From assembly GCF_032444005.1 (NCBI RefSeq), contig NC_091289.1:57722001-57786000 (forward strand): DNA of 64,000 nucleotides. The letters are read 5' to 3'. The stretch is from Ranitomeya imitator (lineage: Eukaryota). Below the pieces are notes generated by a model, which saw nothing but the letters and a program-made list of their open reading frames with translations, searched no databases and was not told the origin of the DNA. Positions 36,760 through 48,249 of the stretch are shown one piece after another. Position 1 is the stretch's first letter; every line of letters starts with the position of its first letter. The position numbers were made by a program, and so were the translations under genes.

Positions 36760-38100
36760 TCGTCGCATGTATTTGAACACTCCCAGAAGGGAAGGAAAAA
36801 GACAACAGAGACAATGCAGGCTGCACAGCAGACAGCGGCCTTTAGCATCCTACACCCCACGTTGGCATCTTGTAGAATTTGACAAAGGTGTGGACAGTGG
36901 CCCAGGTGACAGCCTAGCAGACCCGAGACAAAGAGGCCTGATGCCTGACTGCCCAGAAGGCCCCACCAGCCTGGATGGATAATCTACAAGATATAAGGCC
37001 TGAGATTTGGGTTAGCCTACAACTATGACCAATCCATTTGGACATGGTTGTCTTGGAGGCCGACAGGCCCTTGTGTGACCTATCAGGGATCAGGAAGAGA
37101 CAATTGAACACATGAAGGCTTCAGTAATTGAAAAATTGGATCTGTTCAGGGTCATTTGGACCTTAAGGCGCAGAGAAGACTCCTGGGAATGAGACTCCAA
37201 AAGGATGAGAGTATGATGCTCTCATTTATATGGAAGAAAAGAAAGTTTATAAAAACGTTATGGGTGAAAGACCACCTTGTCCTGATTGAGAACAAGGAAG
37301 GCAGCCCTGCTGGAAAGGGCACGGAGCCAAGCATGGAGGCCACCAGAAAAGTCATCCTCCATGTAAAGAACCCTGCAGAGAGGCAAAAAAAAAAAAAAAA
37401 CTGAAGAAAAGGAAGGTATTCTAGAAGTGAAGAAAACCATGTGATGGAAGGCCCTCTGTTCACATTAGCGAGGTGCAGAGGTAAACCTTGGCAGACTGTA
37501 GCTTACAAGCCCTCAGCTCATTCTAGACAACAAAGTCAGGCAGACCCTTGGATCTCAAAACCTTGGCCACACTGTTAAAACGCAGCTGAAGTAAACCATG
37601 GACATTGTGAAAGAAGGTCATAATGAGAAGGAAGAGGCCATGGAGCATCTGTGACCAACTAAATAAGGTCGGAGAGCAATGCCCAGCCATGCCAGTCCAG
37701 TGCCATAAAAATCACTGCAACGTATTCCACCTTTATCCGCTAGCCAAAGTGGGAAAGCAGTGAAAAAGGAGGAGAAGACAGAGCGGACATAACTCTGTCC
37801 CCTCCATGGGTCTCAGACCTGCGACAAAAGGTTGAGGCCTGGTGATTGAGCCAGAATGGCGCTGGCAGCTGGGTCATCTGTCTGGATGCTGCTTGTGGAA
37901 AAGTGGAGTTCTGGGACAGGTGAAAAGAACCAGAAAAGGAGCCTACAGGAATGTAGATACAGCCTGAAAGATAACCCGAGAAAATAAACATGTGCCCCAG
38001 TAACTAGCGCAAAAGTGTTCAAGATTATAAAGCTGCACTCTGACCATCCCCGAGCAATGGAGGGGGTGGAGGGAGGTTACACACCGCCGTGAGAATGAAA
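36760..38100 (-). mobile_element. Heavily degraded DIRS1 relic in a triobp intron
   Basis: Minus ORF FLIPDRSHKGLSASKTTMSKWI aligns by eye to FVIPDGTRRGQPASKATIARWI of the recombinase at 45354-45956. Boundaries approximate. Confidence 0.55.
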
Positions 38101-39408
38101 TGATTGCAGACTAGCTACAAGTAAAGCCGGGGTCTCAACTAGTTAAGCTATCAAGCAGTGTGGCACCCCTGGTGTGTTAGTCATTAAGTGGGTTGGGGGG
38201 GCCAGTGGGACTCTGGTGACCACTGAAGATCCCATGGAGTGACACAAAAATATGTCGAAACACCCAAAAAATGGCCTCAGAGAAGAAGAAGCAAGAAAGT
38301 GCTTAAATTTAAAAACAAACAAACCAAAAAAAACATCTAAAAAAACTGAAACTGCAAAGAAGGGTGGGCTAGAGGGAATAAAGATAAAAGGAGATCCCCA
38401 GGAGGAATAACAATCAAAACCCATGGAGGCGAGGGTGAGGATGACATACAGGAGAATTATGCTCATCCATTCGGTATCTTCGGAAGCCCACAAGGTCACT
38501 CCTTGGGTGGCTTCTCACTATCGCGTGGACAACACCACCGAAGAAGGATTTTGAACTGAAACGCGCATCGGGGTGTGCTCTGTACTTGGACCAGCAGGCC
38601 TTAAAGGTATATTACCAATATTATTCCTCTTGGATTTTATTGAACCTTTGCATTTTTTACACATTTTTTTTCACCTTTTTATGTGCAGTTTTGCTTATTG
38701 CACCATATACCGCAATATATATATATTATTTTCCATTATTTTTCTTTTTTTGATAACACATATGGTTTTTATTTAACTTTGTTACCTTGGGATCTGCTGT
38801 AATTTTAATATTTTTATATGGAATATTTAACTACTGAGGTTATGTATTCCAAGTACGAGCATATCTTTACTTTAGTGCTACTATTTACCACTGTTGTCTA
38901 ATAAAGGTATTTTATTTTAACAAAAATTGCATTTGTACTTTTTTTTGACCATTAGTTCGGGTTGGTTTCTTTTTGGCTTTTCTTTAATCTTGAATGGTCT
39001 TCCATTAGTCCATTTAGCCACTATATATCATATATTATTTATTCTTATGTATACATTATAAATACTTTTCCATTATTTTTGATATATAGTTATTGCTACG
39101 TTCAGTTTACTTTACATCTACAACACACAGAAGACCGGATACAGATCAAGTCTTCATCTACAGACACTAGGTTAACCTTAGTTGCCTTTTGTCTGACAAA
39201 AGATTAAAGCCCACCAGGCACAGCCAACAGTTTATTTCTACCTGGCGATGAGCCTCCTAGTGGTGGGGCGTATACCCACGTGTCTTCCAGCGCATTTAAT
39301 AAGAAATCTGGTTCTAACTAGCAGAAAAAAAATACATGTGATACATTCTCTTTAACATCCAAATGTCTTATGTCAGCTAGTGGTTTAGGTCCCGAGTGAC
39401 ATTTTGAC

Positions 39409-40010
39409 TGTCACGAATGTTGTTGGGTGTCCTGGGACCAGGGGCTCCTTCCCTGTCCCCAACGCTAGGGGCGCCCTAGCTCGCCCTGTTCTTCGGATTT
39501 TCTGATGGTGAAGACGCCGGGGCCACGTATCTTGCCCTAGCTCTTTAATCCGCCCTTAGTCTGTACCTTTTCCCCATGCAGGAAAGAGGGAAGTAGTAGT
39601 GTACCGCAATACTCCAACCAGATTAACAAGGTGATATGAACAGGATTAAAGGAAAATACCAATCATACAAACATACTCATACAAACAGAGGTAAACACAA
39701 GGGAGTGGAGGATGGGGTTAAACCAAAGTAGGAGAAGAAAGGAAATCACACACAAAACCTAGCAACAGTCACAGATAAATCCACCAAACGCCTTCTCCAA
39801 TAACAACCACCAACAACTTCCAGCCATGCAGCATAAGCTAGCTCTGACAATGAGTGCTAGCCAGGACCCAGATTATATAGGAGATGGGAATGGCTAACAG
39901 TGCACAGCTGAGCCTTAAAAGCTCCTGGAGCTCTCAACTGAGCAGATTAACCCCTGCACTGCTAAAAGAAACTTACACCATTTAATATGAAGGTGAAGTG
40001 CTTCTAATCA
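39409..40010 (-). mobile_element. Possible truncated LTR
   Basis: Starts TGTCACG; layout resembles the 18247-18814 segment; second end missing. Confidence 0.35.
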
Positions 40011-40597
40011 GTACAGGAGTAGGAGAAATCAGACGCTGCGATCTTCTGGCTCCTCTTTGTCGCGGTAAACCCGTGACATTGACAATGCAGAAATACTTCT
40101 GCAGTCTGTCAGGAGCAGGCCACTTTATCACCACCTCCACCTTTATTTTTCCAAACTTCATAGTGCTTAGTAAGCGGTATGTAGTAAATGGAAGCAGTGG
40201 CAATGCCCATGGCTCTATGGGAACTGGCACTGGGGGTCTTCATGGCATAGAAGAACAGCTTGGTGTTAGCAGACCCAGATCAGATTTACCACTGACTTAT
40301 GACAAATTTGTCATTCCTGATGACAACATGACTACATAGAGGGAAAAAAAGGCTATAATACAAGCTCTGAGCACAAATATGCATAAAAGCCACAAGCAGC
40401 ATTTTAATATATTACAGGTACAGTAGCCCTGCATTGTTCTATAGTGTTTAGATGTAAATATGGTGGTCTGGGTGGGTTGCAATAGGCAGATATATAGACA
40501 ATTTCCCTGTTTAAATCACTCAAGGCAAGTATTTTTTTCTGGTATCTATATCCATTACCAATTTTACAACAATAACACAATTACATAAAAGTCTTAC

Positions 40598-40684
40598 TTT
40601 CTGCATGTTCTGGACATCCTCACGGAGGCAGGAGATTTCTTTTCTTAAATATTGCAACTCATTCTCTTTCACTCGAAGTAAAAC
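40598..40684 (-). CDS. triobp: triobp coding exon ([29 protein letters not shown])
   Basis: TTTTAG|GTT acceptor, AAA|GTAAGA donor, 87 nt phase 0-0; diagnostic [13 protein letters not shown]. Confidence 0.96.
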
Positions 40685-41615
40685 CTAAAATTGAAGCACT
40701 TCGGTTACAGAAACATGCACACAAAAAACACTTTAACGAAAGAAAAAAAAGGGAATTGCTCAAATGGCCCATTCTAGAAAATATTCCAGAAATACCAGAC
40801 AATGGAAACCAATGTGCCAGATGTTAACAATGAATTGGGTCTGTATGTATGTATGTATGTATGTATGTATGTATGTACACACAGACAAATGTCCAATACT
40901 AGATGAAAAGTCGAATACATGGACAGTTGTGTCTACATGTGGGACACTAAAGTTTTAGCAGAAGCTATTTTTGCATGTTGTATGCTATATAGAAACATGG
41001 TGGAACATGATCAATTTTACCATGATTGATTAAGTTTTCATTAAATTTGCTTTAACAGGCACCCCCTGAGAGGAGAAACTTTTTTTTATTATTATTATTT
41101 ACCATATATATTTAGAAAATAAAACCCTAAAATACCTTTGATCTGCAAAACAAATTTGTCATATTTAGGGGGAGAATATTGTGGTCAATTAAAATGACAA
41201 TCATCTTCCAGTCCTGGAGTATTAAGGACACAGAGCAGGACAAACAAGAGCAGGAGGAGCAGCAGCACGGACACATTGACAAGAATGACGTCGGCTGTAG
41301 ATGGATCTCAGCAGATATGGGATCGAGTGGACACAGGCAGCTAAAGTGATGAGGAAGAGGGAGCGGGCGCTGACTGCTGGTGGTGGGAGTAGAGGAGGAT
41401 GGTATTATTTAGGGGTACGTGACTGATCCGCTACGGACTACTAGAAATCCTGCAGGGACACAATCCACTCCCACACATTTTGATGTGGAAAGTTTGGATT
41501 TACAGCTCATTTCACAGAGGTGATATCTGCAGCCTTAATCACGTGTTTTTCCCCCAGAGAACCTCTGACAAACCCGAGAAGGCAGTGTGCCCTGCAGGTT
41601 CCACTGCATCAGTAA

Positions 41616-41810
41616 GGCCGGCGTCACACTACAGCGAGATACGGCCGAGTCTTGCTGGTTAAATACAAGCTCTGGCATCGGCACTCCGGAGCGGCGCGTG
41701 CGGCTCCATGTATTGCTGTGCGGCCGCACGCTCCGCTCTGGAGTGCCGGTGCCAGAGCTTGGTTTTAACCTGCGAGACTCGGCCGTATCTCGCTGTGTGT
41801 GATCCCGGCC
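41616..41810. mobile_element. Palindromic PIF/Harbinger MITE
   Basis: TAA TSD (41613-41615, 41811-41813); near-perfect fold-back with arms of about 90 bp. Confidence 0.88.
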
Positions 41811-43073
41811 TAATAGGTACACGACATTCTTCCTTTCTAAAATCAAAGCAAAAGCCGATGTTTCGATGTGTAAGGTTATGTGCACACGGCACTTTTTACA
41901 ATCTGATTATGCCCAGAGTCCGTAGAAAAGGCGATCCAGTACATGAACATAATACACAGCAATGTCAATAGGGTTCTGCTGTATACATATTCCATCTCAA
42001 GTCACTTTTTTTTTTTTTTTTTTTAATTGCATCAAAGTTTGGTGAAAAGCACTGACATTCTCATTGTTTAGGCGGCTTCTAAGAGACTGTCTGCACAGAG
42101 CCTGCGGATTGTGCATCGTATTTACACCAGGGTTAGCTATGTGCCTAAAGGAGGCAGTCATAATGTTACGGCTGGTTCCATACACTACACTATGACCTGA
42201 ATGACTCCTGTATATCGGCTGCCCAGAGAAAGCATCAATCAAATCATTGTCATTTATGTCACTTTACAACCTGCCCTGGATAAATGATTGGTGATCTCTT
42301 ACAGCCCACACATTAATCCCATGTCAAAGTACAACTACTGGAGTGAGATGGACACACATACCGGATGCAGAAACCTCCCGTTTAACCCATTAGGGATGTT
42401 GTCCAATTTTGCATTTCCTTAACCTGTGTTGCTTTTGTTTTTCCTCCTTCTCTGCATTTGAAAAACCAGAACTTTTCCATAAACATTGGTCTCCATCCAT
42501 ATTTCAGACACTGATACGTCAGTACATCACAAGGCCACGTACACATGTTGAGTATTTTGGGAGTTATTGGTATTTGCAACCCCCCCAAAAAAGTGGGTAA
42601 AAATAAATAAATACAGAAGTGGTGACGTGTTTCTATTATACTTTTTCTTCAATTGTTCCTCTCCTGGTTTTGGCTGACAAATACTGATGTAAAAAATTCA
42701 CCAAATACTCAAACTTGTGCATGTGGCCTAAGGGCGTATTCATGCTGAGTTTTTTGTGCAGTATTTGAAGCAGAAACTCTCCAAAAAGACTTCAGTTCTA
42801 GCAAACTAGTGGTTTATGGAAAGTTTCTGCTTTAAAAACTCAGCAAAAAAAACAAATAAATACACTTTTCACAAAGCGTCACATAGCATTATGATGCAGG
42901 AAGGAATTAATTTTTCATTAACCCTCACCCCCAAAAATTCATAAGAAATGTAAGTGTATTTTGTAAGACAAACTAATGCAGGGGTATAACAAAACTCCAC
43001 CATAAGCTGAAGCATGCAAATTGCTATGTTCAACAAATCAACTATGATCCTTCAACCATGCTAGTGCAGTCAC

Positions 43074-43187
43074 CTCCAGCTCGGCACTGTTCCTGTCTCC
43101 TGCTTGTAACCGTCCCTCACTTGGCCCATTACCAGCCATAAAGGTCCGCAATTTTGAGATTTCTTCTGAAAGCCGGTTGTTTAATTC
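43074..43187 (-). CDS. triobp: triobp coding exon (ELNNRLSEEISKLRTFMAG...DRNSAELE)
   Basis: TATAG|GAA acceptor, GAG|GTGACT donor, 114 nt phase 0-0. Confidence 0.93.
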
Positions 43188-43319
43188 CTATAATTAAAAT
43201 AAATGATACACAATTAAAAAAATAACCAAAACAACCAAAGAACTTTACTTACACTGCATGAGGAAATTTGAAAAAAACAAACAAAAAAAAACATATGGAG
43301 TAGAATTAGTAAGTCAATT

Positions 43320-44895
43320 ACACTGGCTTGCGAAAGTATTCACCCCTCTTGGCTTTTTACCTATTTTGCTACATTACAACCTGTGTTGATCTGATATGTG
43401 TGTGATGCATCAGCAATACATAGTCTAAGTTGATGAAGTCAGAAAAATCTAGGCATAAATTATATTCATGGGATCGAATAAGTAAAAATTGTCATGTGCA
43501 TATGTATTCATATTCATAATTAAGGGTGCTTGGTCACCAGAAACGCCTTGATATCGCATTTTATCTACTGTTTACGCTGATGTTTTCATCCTCCATTGAG
43601 CACATTTTCTAGTGAATAAAGCAGCAGATGACATGGCTCCCCAAACCATCACTGATTGTGGAAACTTCACACTAGACCTCAAGCGACTTGGATTGTGGCC
43701 TCTCCACTCTTCCTCCAGACTCTGGGACCTTGATTTCCAATGTCCAGTGTGAAGTTTACACAATCAGTGATGGTTTGGGGAGCCATGTCATCTGCTGGAG
43801 TAGGTCCACTGTGTTTTATCAAGACCAAAGTCAGCGCAGCCGTCTACCAGGAAATGTTATAGCACTTCATGCTTCCCTCTGCCAACAAGCTTTTTGGAGA
43901 TGGAAATTTTATTCTCCAGCAGGACTTGCACCTGTCCACACTGCCAAAAGTGCCAATACCTGGTTTACAAACAACAGTATCACTGTGCTTGATTGGCAGC
44001 AAACTCGCCTGACCTTAACCCCATAGAGAATCTATAGGATATTGTCAAGAGGAAGATGAGAGATACCAGACCCAACAATGCAGACGATCTGAAGGCTGCT
44101 ATCAAAGCAACCTGGGCTTCCATAACACCTCAGCAGTGCCACAGGCTGATCGCCTCCATGCCACACCGCATTGATGCAATAATTGATCCAAAAGAGCCCG
44201 ACCAAGTATTGAGTGCATTTACTGAATATACATTTCAGTAGGCCAACATCTCAGATTTTAAAATAATAATAATAATAATAATAATCTTTATTTATATAGC
44301 GCCAACATATTCCGCAGCGCTTTACAGTTTAACAGTTTCAAACACAAAAGTCATAAGTAACAACATTAACAATAATTAAAGCAAAATAAGAGGACCCTTC
44401 TCGTGAGAGCTTACAATCTACAATGAGGAGGGGGAGATGCAAAGTACAGGTGTGTATTTACAATGATGTATTTACAATCATGGTCCAGCCATCTTCAGAG
44501 GGTGGGGGATAGATGGGGATAGTGAATGGGCTACATACACACACAAACATAACATAACTTTGATTAGTGAACGTGATAGGCCGCTCTGAACAAATGTGTT
44601 TTATGCGAGCGCCTAAAACTATGCAAATTATTATATAAATAAATTATATATAATAAATTATTATATAAAATCATTTTTCAAGCTGGTGTTATAAAGTATT
44701 CTAATTTACTGAGATAATGGCTTTTGGGTTTTCATTGGCTGTAAGCTATAATCCTCAACATTAACAGAAATAAACACTTGAAATAGATCACTGTGATTGT
44801 AATGACTATATAATATATGAGTTTCACTTTTTGTATTCAATTACTGAAATAAATTAACTTTTTGATGATATTCTAGTTTTGTGAGATGCACCCGT
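43320..44895 (+). mobile_element. Mosaic of Tc1 remnants (left TIR of one family near 43320; transposase 3' half and right TIR of another)
   Basis: TACACTGGCTTGCGAAAGTATTCACCCC; VKFPQSVMVWGAMSS and MRDTRPNNADDLKAAIKATW; ...GATGCACCCG|TA. Confidence 0.8.
44265..44665 (-). mobile_element. LINE (L2/CR1-type) 3' end inserted into the Tc1 remnant
   Basis: (ATA)n tail followed by CTTTATTTATATAGCGCC; Tc1 sequence TAAAAT|CATTTTTC resumes at 44666. Confidence 0.55.
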
Positions 44896-45353
44896 ATATC
44901 TGTATATAAAATTGCTTTGTTTGTAAAACAGGATTTTTGGTTGCTTACCGTAAAATCTGTTTCTTGAAGCCTCCATTGGGGGACACAGGAACCATGGGTG
45001 TATGCTGCTGCCACTAGGAGGCTGACACTATGCAAATAAAAAAGTTAGCTCCTCCTCTGCAGTGTACACCCCACCGACTGGCATTATACTCTTCAGTTAG
45101 TGAGAAAGCAGTAGGAGAAAAAACAAGGTTGAAAAAGCATAACCACAAACTTGAGAACTGTAAACGTGAGAACAGTCAGAGAACATATAACAAAAACATT
45201 GGGAGGGAGCTGTGTCCCCCAATGGAGGCTTCAAGAAACAGATTTTACGGTAAGCAACCAAAAATCCTGTTTTCTTTATCGCCTCTCATTGGGGGACACA
45301 GGAACCATGGGACGTCCCAAAGCAGTCCCAAGGGCGGGAAAAACAGACTTCCA

Positions 45354-48172
45354 TCAGGTCAGAGGACTCACCACTGCCGCCTGCAGGATCCTTCTGCCTA
45401 GGCTGGCGTCCGCCGATGCGTAGGTATGGACCTTGTAAAATTTGGCGAACGTGTGGATGGAAGACCAAGTTGCCGCTTTGCACAGCTGTAGGGCGGAAGC
45501 CCTGTTGTGCACCGCCCAGGAGGCGCCGAATGCCCGGGTAGAGTGAGCCTTAATCCCAGGAGGGGGCACTCTGTTCTTGACCCGGTAAGCCTCCAAAATT
45601 GCCATTCTGATCCATCGAGCAATAGTCGCTTTAGAAGCCGGCTGGCCTCTGCGCGTGCCATCAGGAATGACGAAAAAGGAATCCGTCTTCCGGAAAGTGG
45701 ACGTTCTGTCCAGATAGATCCTCACAGCCCTGACAAGGTCCAGCTTGTTCAACGATCGCTCCAGAAGATGAGTCGGAGCTGGACAAAAGGAAGGTAGAAC
45801 GATGTCCTCGTTGAGGTGGAAGGTGGAAACGAAGGTGGGGGCCGGAAGACCACCTTGTCCTGGTGAATGACCAAAAACGGAGGACGGCAAGACAGGGCCG
45901 CCAGCTCGGAAATGCGGCGAATGGACGTGATGGCCACAAGAAAGGCTACTTTCCATAATAAAACTGATAGAGGAATCTCCCTAAGAGGTTCAAAGGGAGA
46001 AACCTTCAGAACGTCCAGTACCAGGTTTAGGTCCCATGCCTCCACAGGGGCCCTGTACGGCGGGACGGCGTGGGCTACCCCCTGAAAGAAGGTCTTAACC
46101 TGTGGCCGAGAGGCCAAGGTCTTCTGAAAGAGGATGGAAAGCGCAGAGACCTGACCCTTCAGGGAACTAAGAGCCAGGCCCGAATCCAGTCCTGCCTGAA
46201 GGAAGGCCAAAAGAGAAGGCAGGGAAAAAACCATAGGCGGAACGCGGTTGGACTCGCACCAACGGAAGTAGACCTTCCAGGTGCGGTAGTAGATCCTGGA
46301 AGACGAAGGCTTCCGAGCCTGAATCATGGTGTGAATCACCCGGTCCGAAAGGCCGGACGCTCTTAAAACCGCGGTCTCAACAGCCACGCCGTTAAACTGA
46401 GCGACCGAGAATTCGGGTGGCAGATCGGACCCTGGGACAGTAGATCGGGCCTGTCTGGAAGGCGCCAGGGAGCGTCCGCAAGAAGGTTGACGAGCTCCGC
46501 GAACCAAGCTCTCCTGGGCCAATCCGGGGCGATCAGGATGACAGGCACCCCTTCCGCTTTGATCTTCTTTAACAGTTTGGGAAGTAATGGAAGGGGTGGG
46601 AACAGGTAGGGCAGCTCGAACTGTGACCAAGGAATGGCCAGAGCATCGACGCCCACTGCGAGAGGATCGCGGGACCTGGAGACGAACTGCGGAACCTTCC
46701 TGTTGACTCGGGACGCCGTGAGATCCACATCCGGAGTTCCCCATCGAAGACAAATCTGATGGAAGACCTCCGGATGCAAGGACCATTCCCCTGCCGCGAG
46801 GCCCTCGCGGCTGAGGAAGTCGGCGGCCCAGTTTTCCACGCCGGGGATATGCACCGCGGATATCACCGGAACCGTTGCCTCTGCCCAAAGGAGGATCTTG
46901 GATACCTCGGCAAGGGCCAAGGAGCTCCGAGTCCCCCCCTGATGGTTGACATATGCCACAGCCGTGGCGTTGTCCGTCTGGATCCGGACTGGAAGGCCCC
47001 TGAGGATCCTTTCCCAGTGGCGGAGGGACAGAAAGATGGCCCGAATTTCGAGGACGTTGATCGGCAGAGATGACTCCTGCGGCGACCAACGGCCCTGAAC
47101 CGTCAGGTGGCGAAAAACCGCACCCCAGCCGATCAGGCTGGCGTCCGTTGTCACCACCTGCCAGTGAACCGGAAGGAAGGACCTGCCCTGGGAGATGAGA
47201 GGTGACGTCAGCCACCAGTTGAGAGACCACCTGACCCGAAAGGAGAGTTTGATCGGTCGATCCAGGGAGAAGACCGACCTGTCCCACTGAGACAGAATGG
47301 CTTGCTGAAGGGGTCGCGAATGGAATTGGGCGAAGGGAATCGCTTCCAATGTAGCTACCATCCTCCCCAGAACCTTCATGGCCGAACGGAGGGAGGGAGG
47401 TTGAGGACCCTGGAGCAAGCGTATGTCCCGACAGAGTGGATCTCTTGTCTTTGGGAAGGAAGACTCTGCTCTGACGAGTGTCGAAAAGCATGCCCAGAAA
47501 GATGATGCGCTGAGAAGGAATAAGGCAGGACTTCTTCCGGTTTACCAGCCACCCGAAACGGTGTCGAGAACAATGGACAGGCTTTCGTGGGCCTGAGCGA
47601 AGGACGGAGCCTTGATGAGGATGTCGTCGAGATATGGAAATAGGACCAAGCCTCTGACTCTCAAGATGGCCATCAGCGCCGCCATGATCTTCGTGAACAC
47701 TCTTGGCGCGGTTGCGAGACCGAACGGCAGGGCGACGAACTGAAAATGATCTCGTTGCACTGCGAAGCGCAGGAAACGGTGATGTCCGGGAAATATCGGG
47801 ACATGGAGGTAGGCGTCCTGGATATCTATTGAGCATAGAAACTCCTGAGCCTCCATGGAAGCAATTACTGAACGAAGGGATTCCATCCTGAAGTGTCTCA
47901 GGCGAACCCTCTTGTTCAGCAATTTGAGGTCCAGAATGGGGCGAACTTTGCCGTCTTTTTTCGGTACCACAAAAAGATTCGAGTAGAAACCCGTGAAGCG
48001 TTCTTTTTCTGGGACGGGAACGATTTCCCCGGATTTGAGCAGAGAAGCGATGGCTGAGAAGAAGCCCGGAACTAGAGCGGGGTCTCTTGGAGGACGGGAT
48101 TGGAAGAAACGATCCCGAGGTCGGGAAGTGAACTCTATTTTGTATCCCGAGGATACAACTTCCCTGACCCAT
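45354..48172 (-). pseudogene. DIRS ORF3 tyrosine recombinase (overlaps ORF2), frameshifted near 45840
   Basis: Catalytic pattern ITSIRRISEL ... AHSTR ... ATWSSIHTFAKFY; SAM-like domain IYYRTWKVYFRWC. Confidence 0.93.
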
Positions 48173-48230
48173 GCATCCTCTACTGCGGAAATCCAGACGT
48201 CCCTGGAAGGAGAAGACGGCCGCCCAATCT
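46363..48230 (-). pseudogene. DIRS ORF2: reverse transcriptase, RNase H and methyltransferase-like domain
   Basis: RPILDL, LPFGLATAP, YLDD; TTDAS, INVLEIRA, TDN; DLTAS...YLFPP...VILIAPDWPRRAWF. Broken by 7-bp and 2-bp deletions at about 47560 and 47435. Confidence 0.95.
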
Positions 48231-48249
48231 GGGAGTTGGGCTGGAGTCT

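Noticed and set aside
38470-38900. Penelope-like terminal repeat (GAAGAAGG...GAAACGCG); similar motif near 43530
   Set aside because: Only a short motif; no GIY-YIG or RT remnant and no boundaries.
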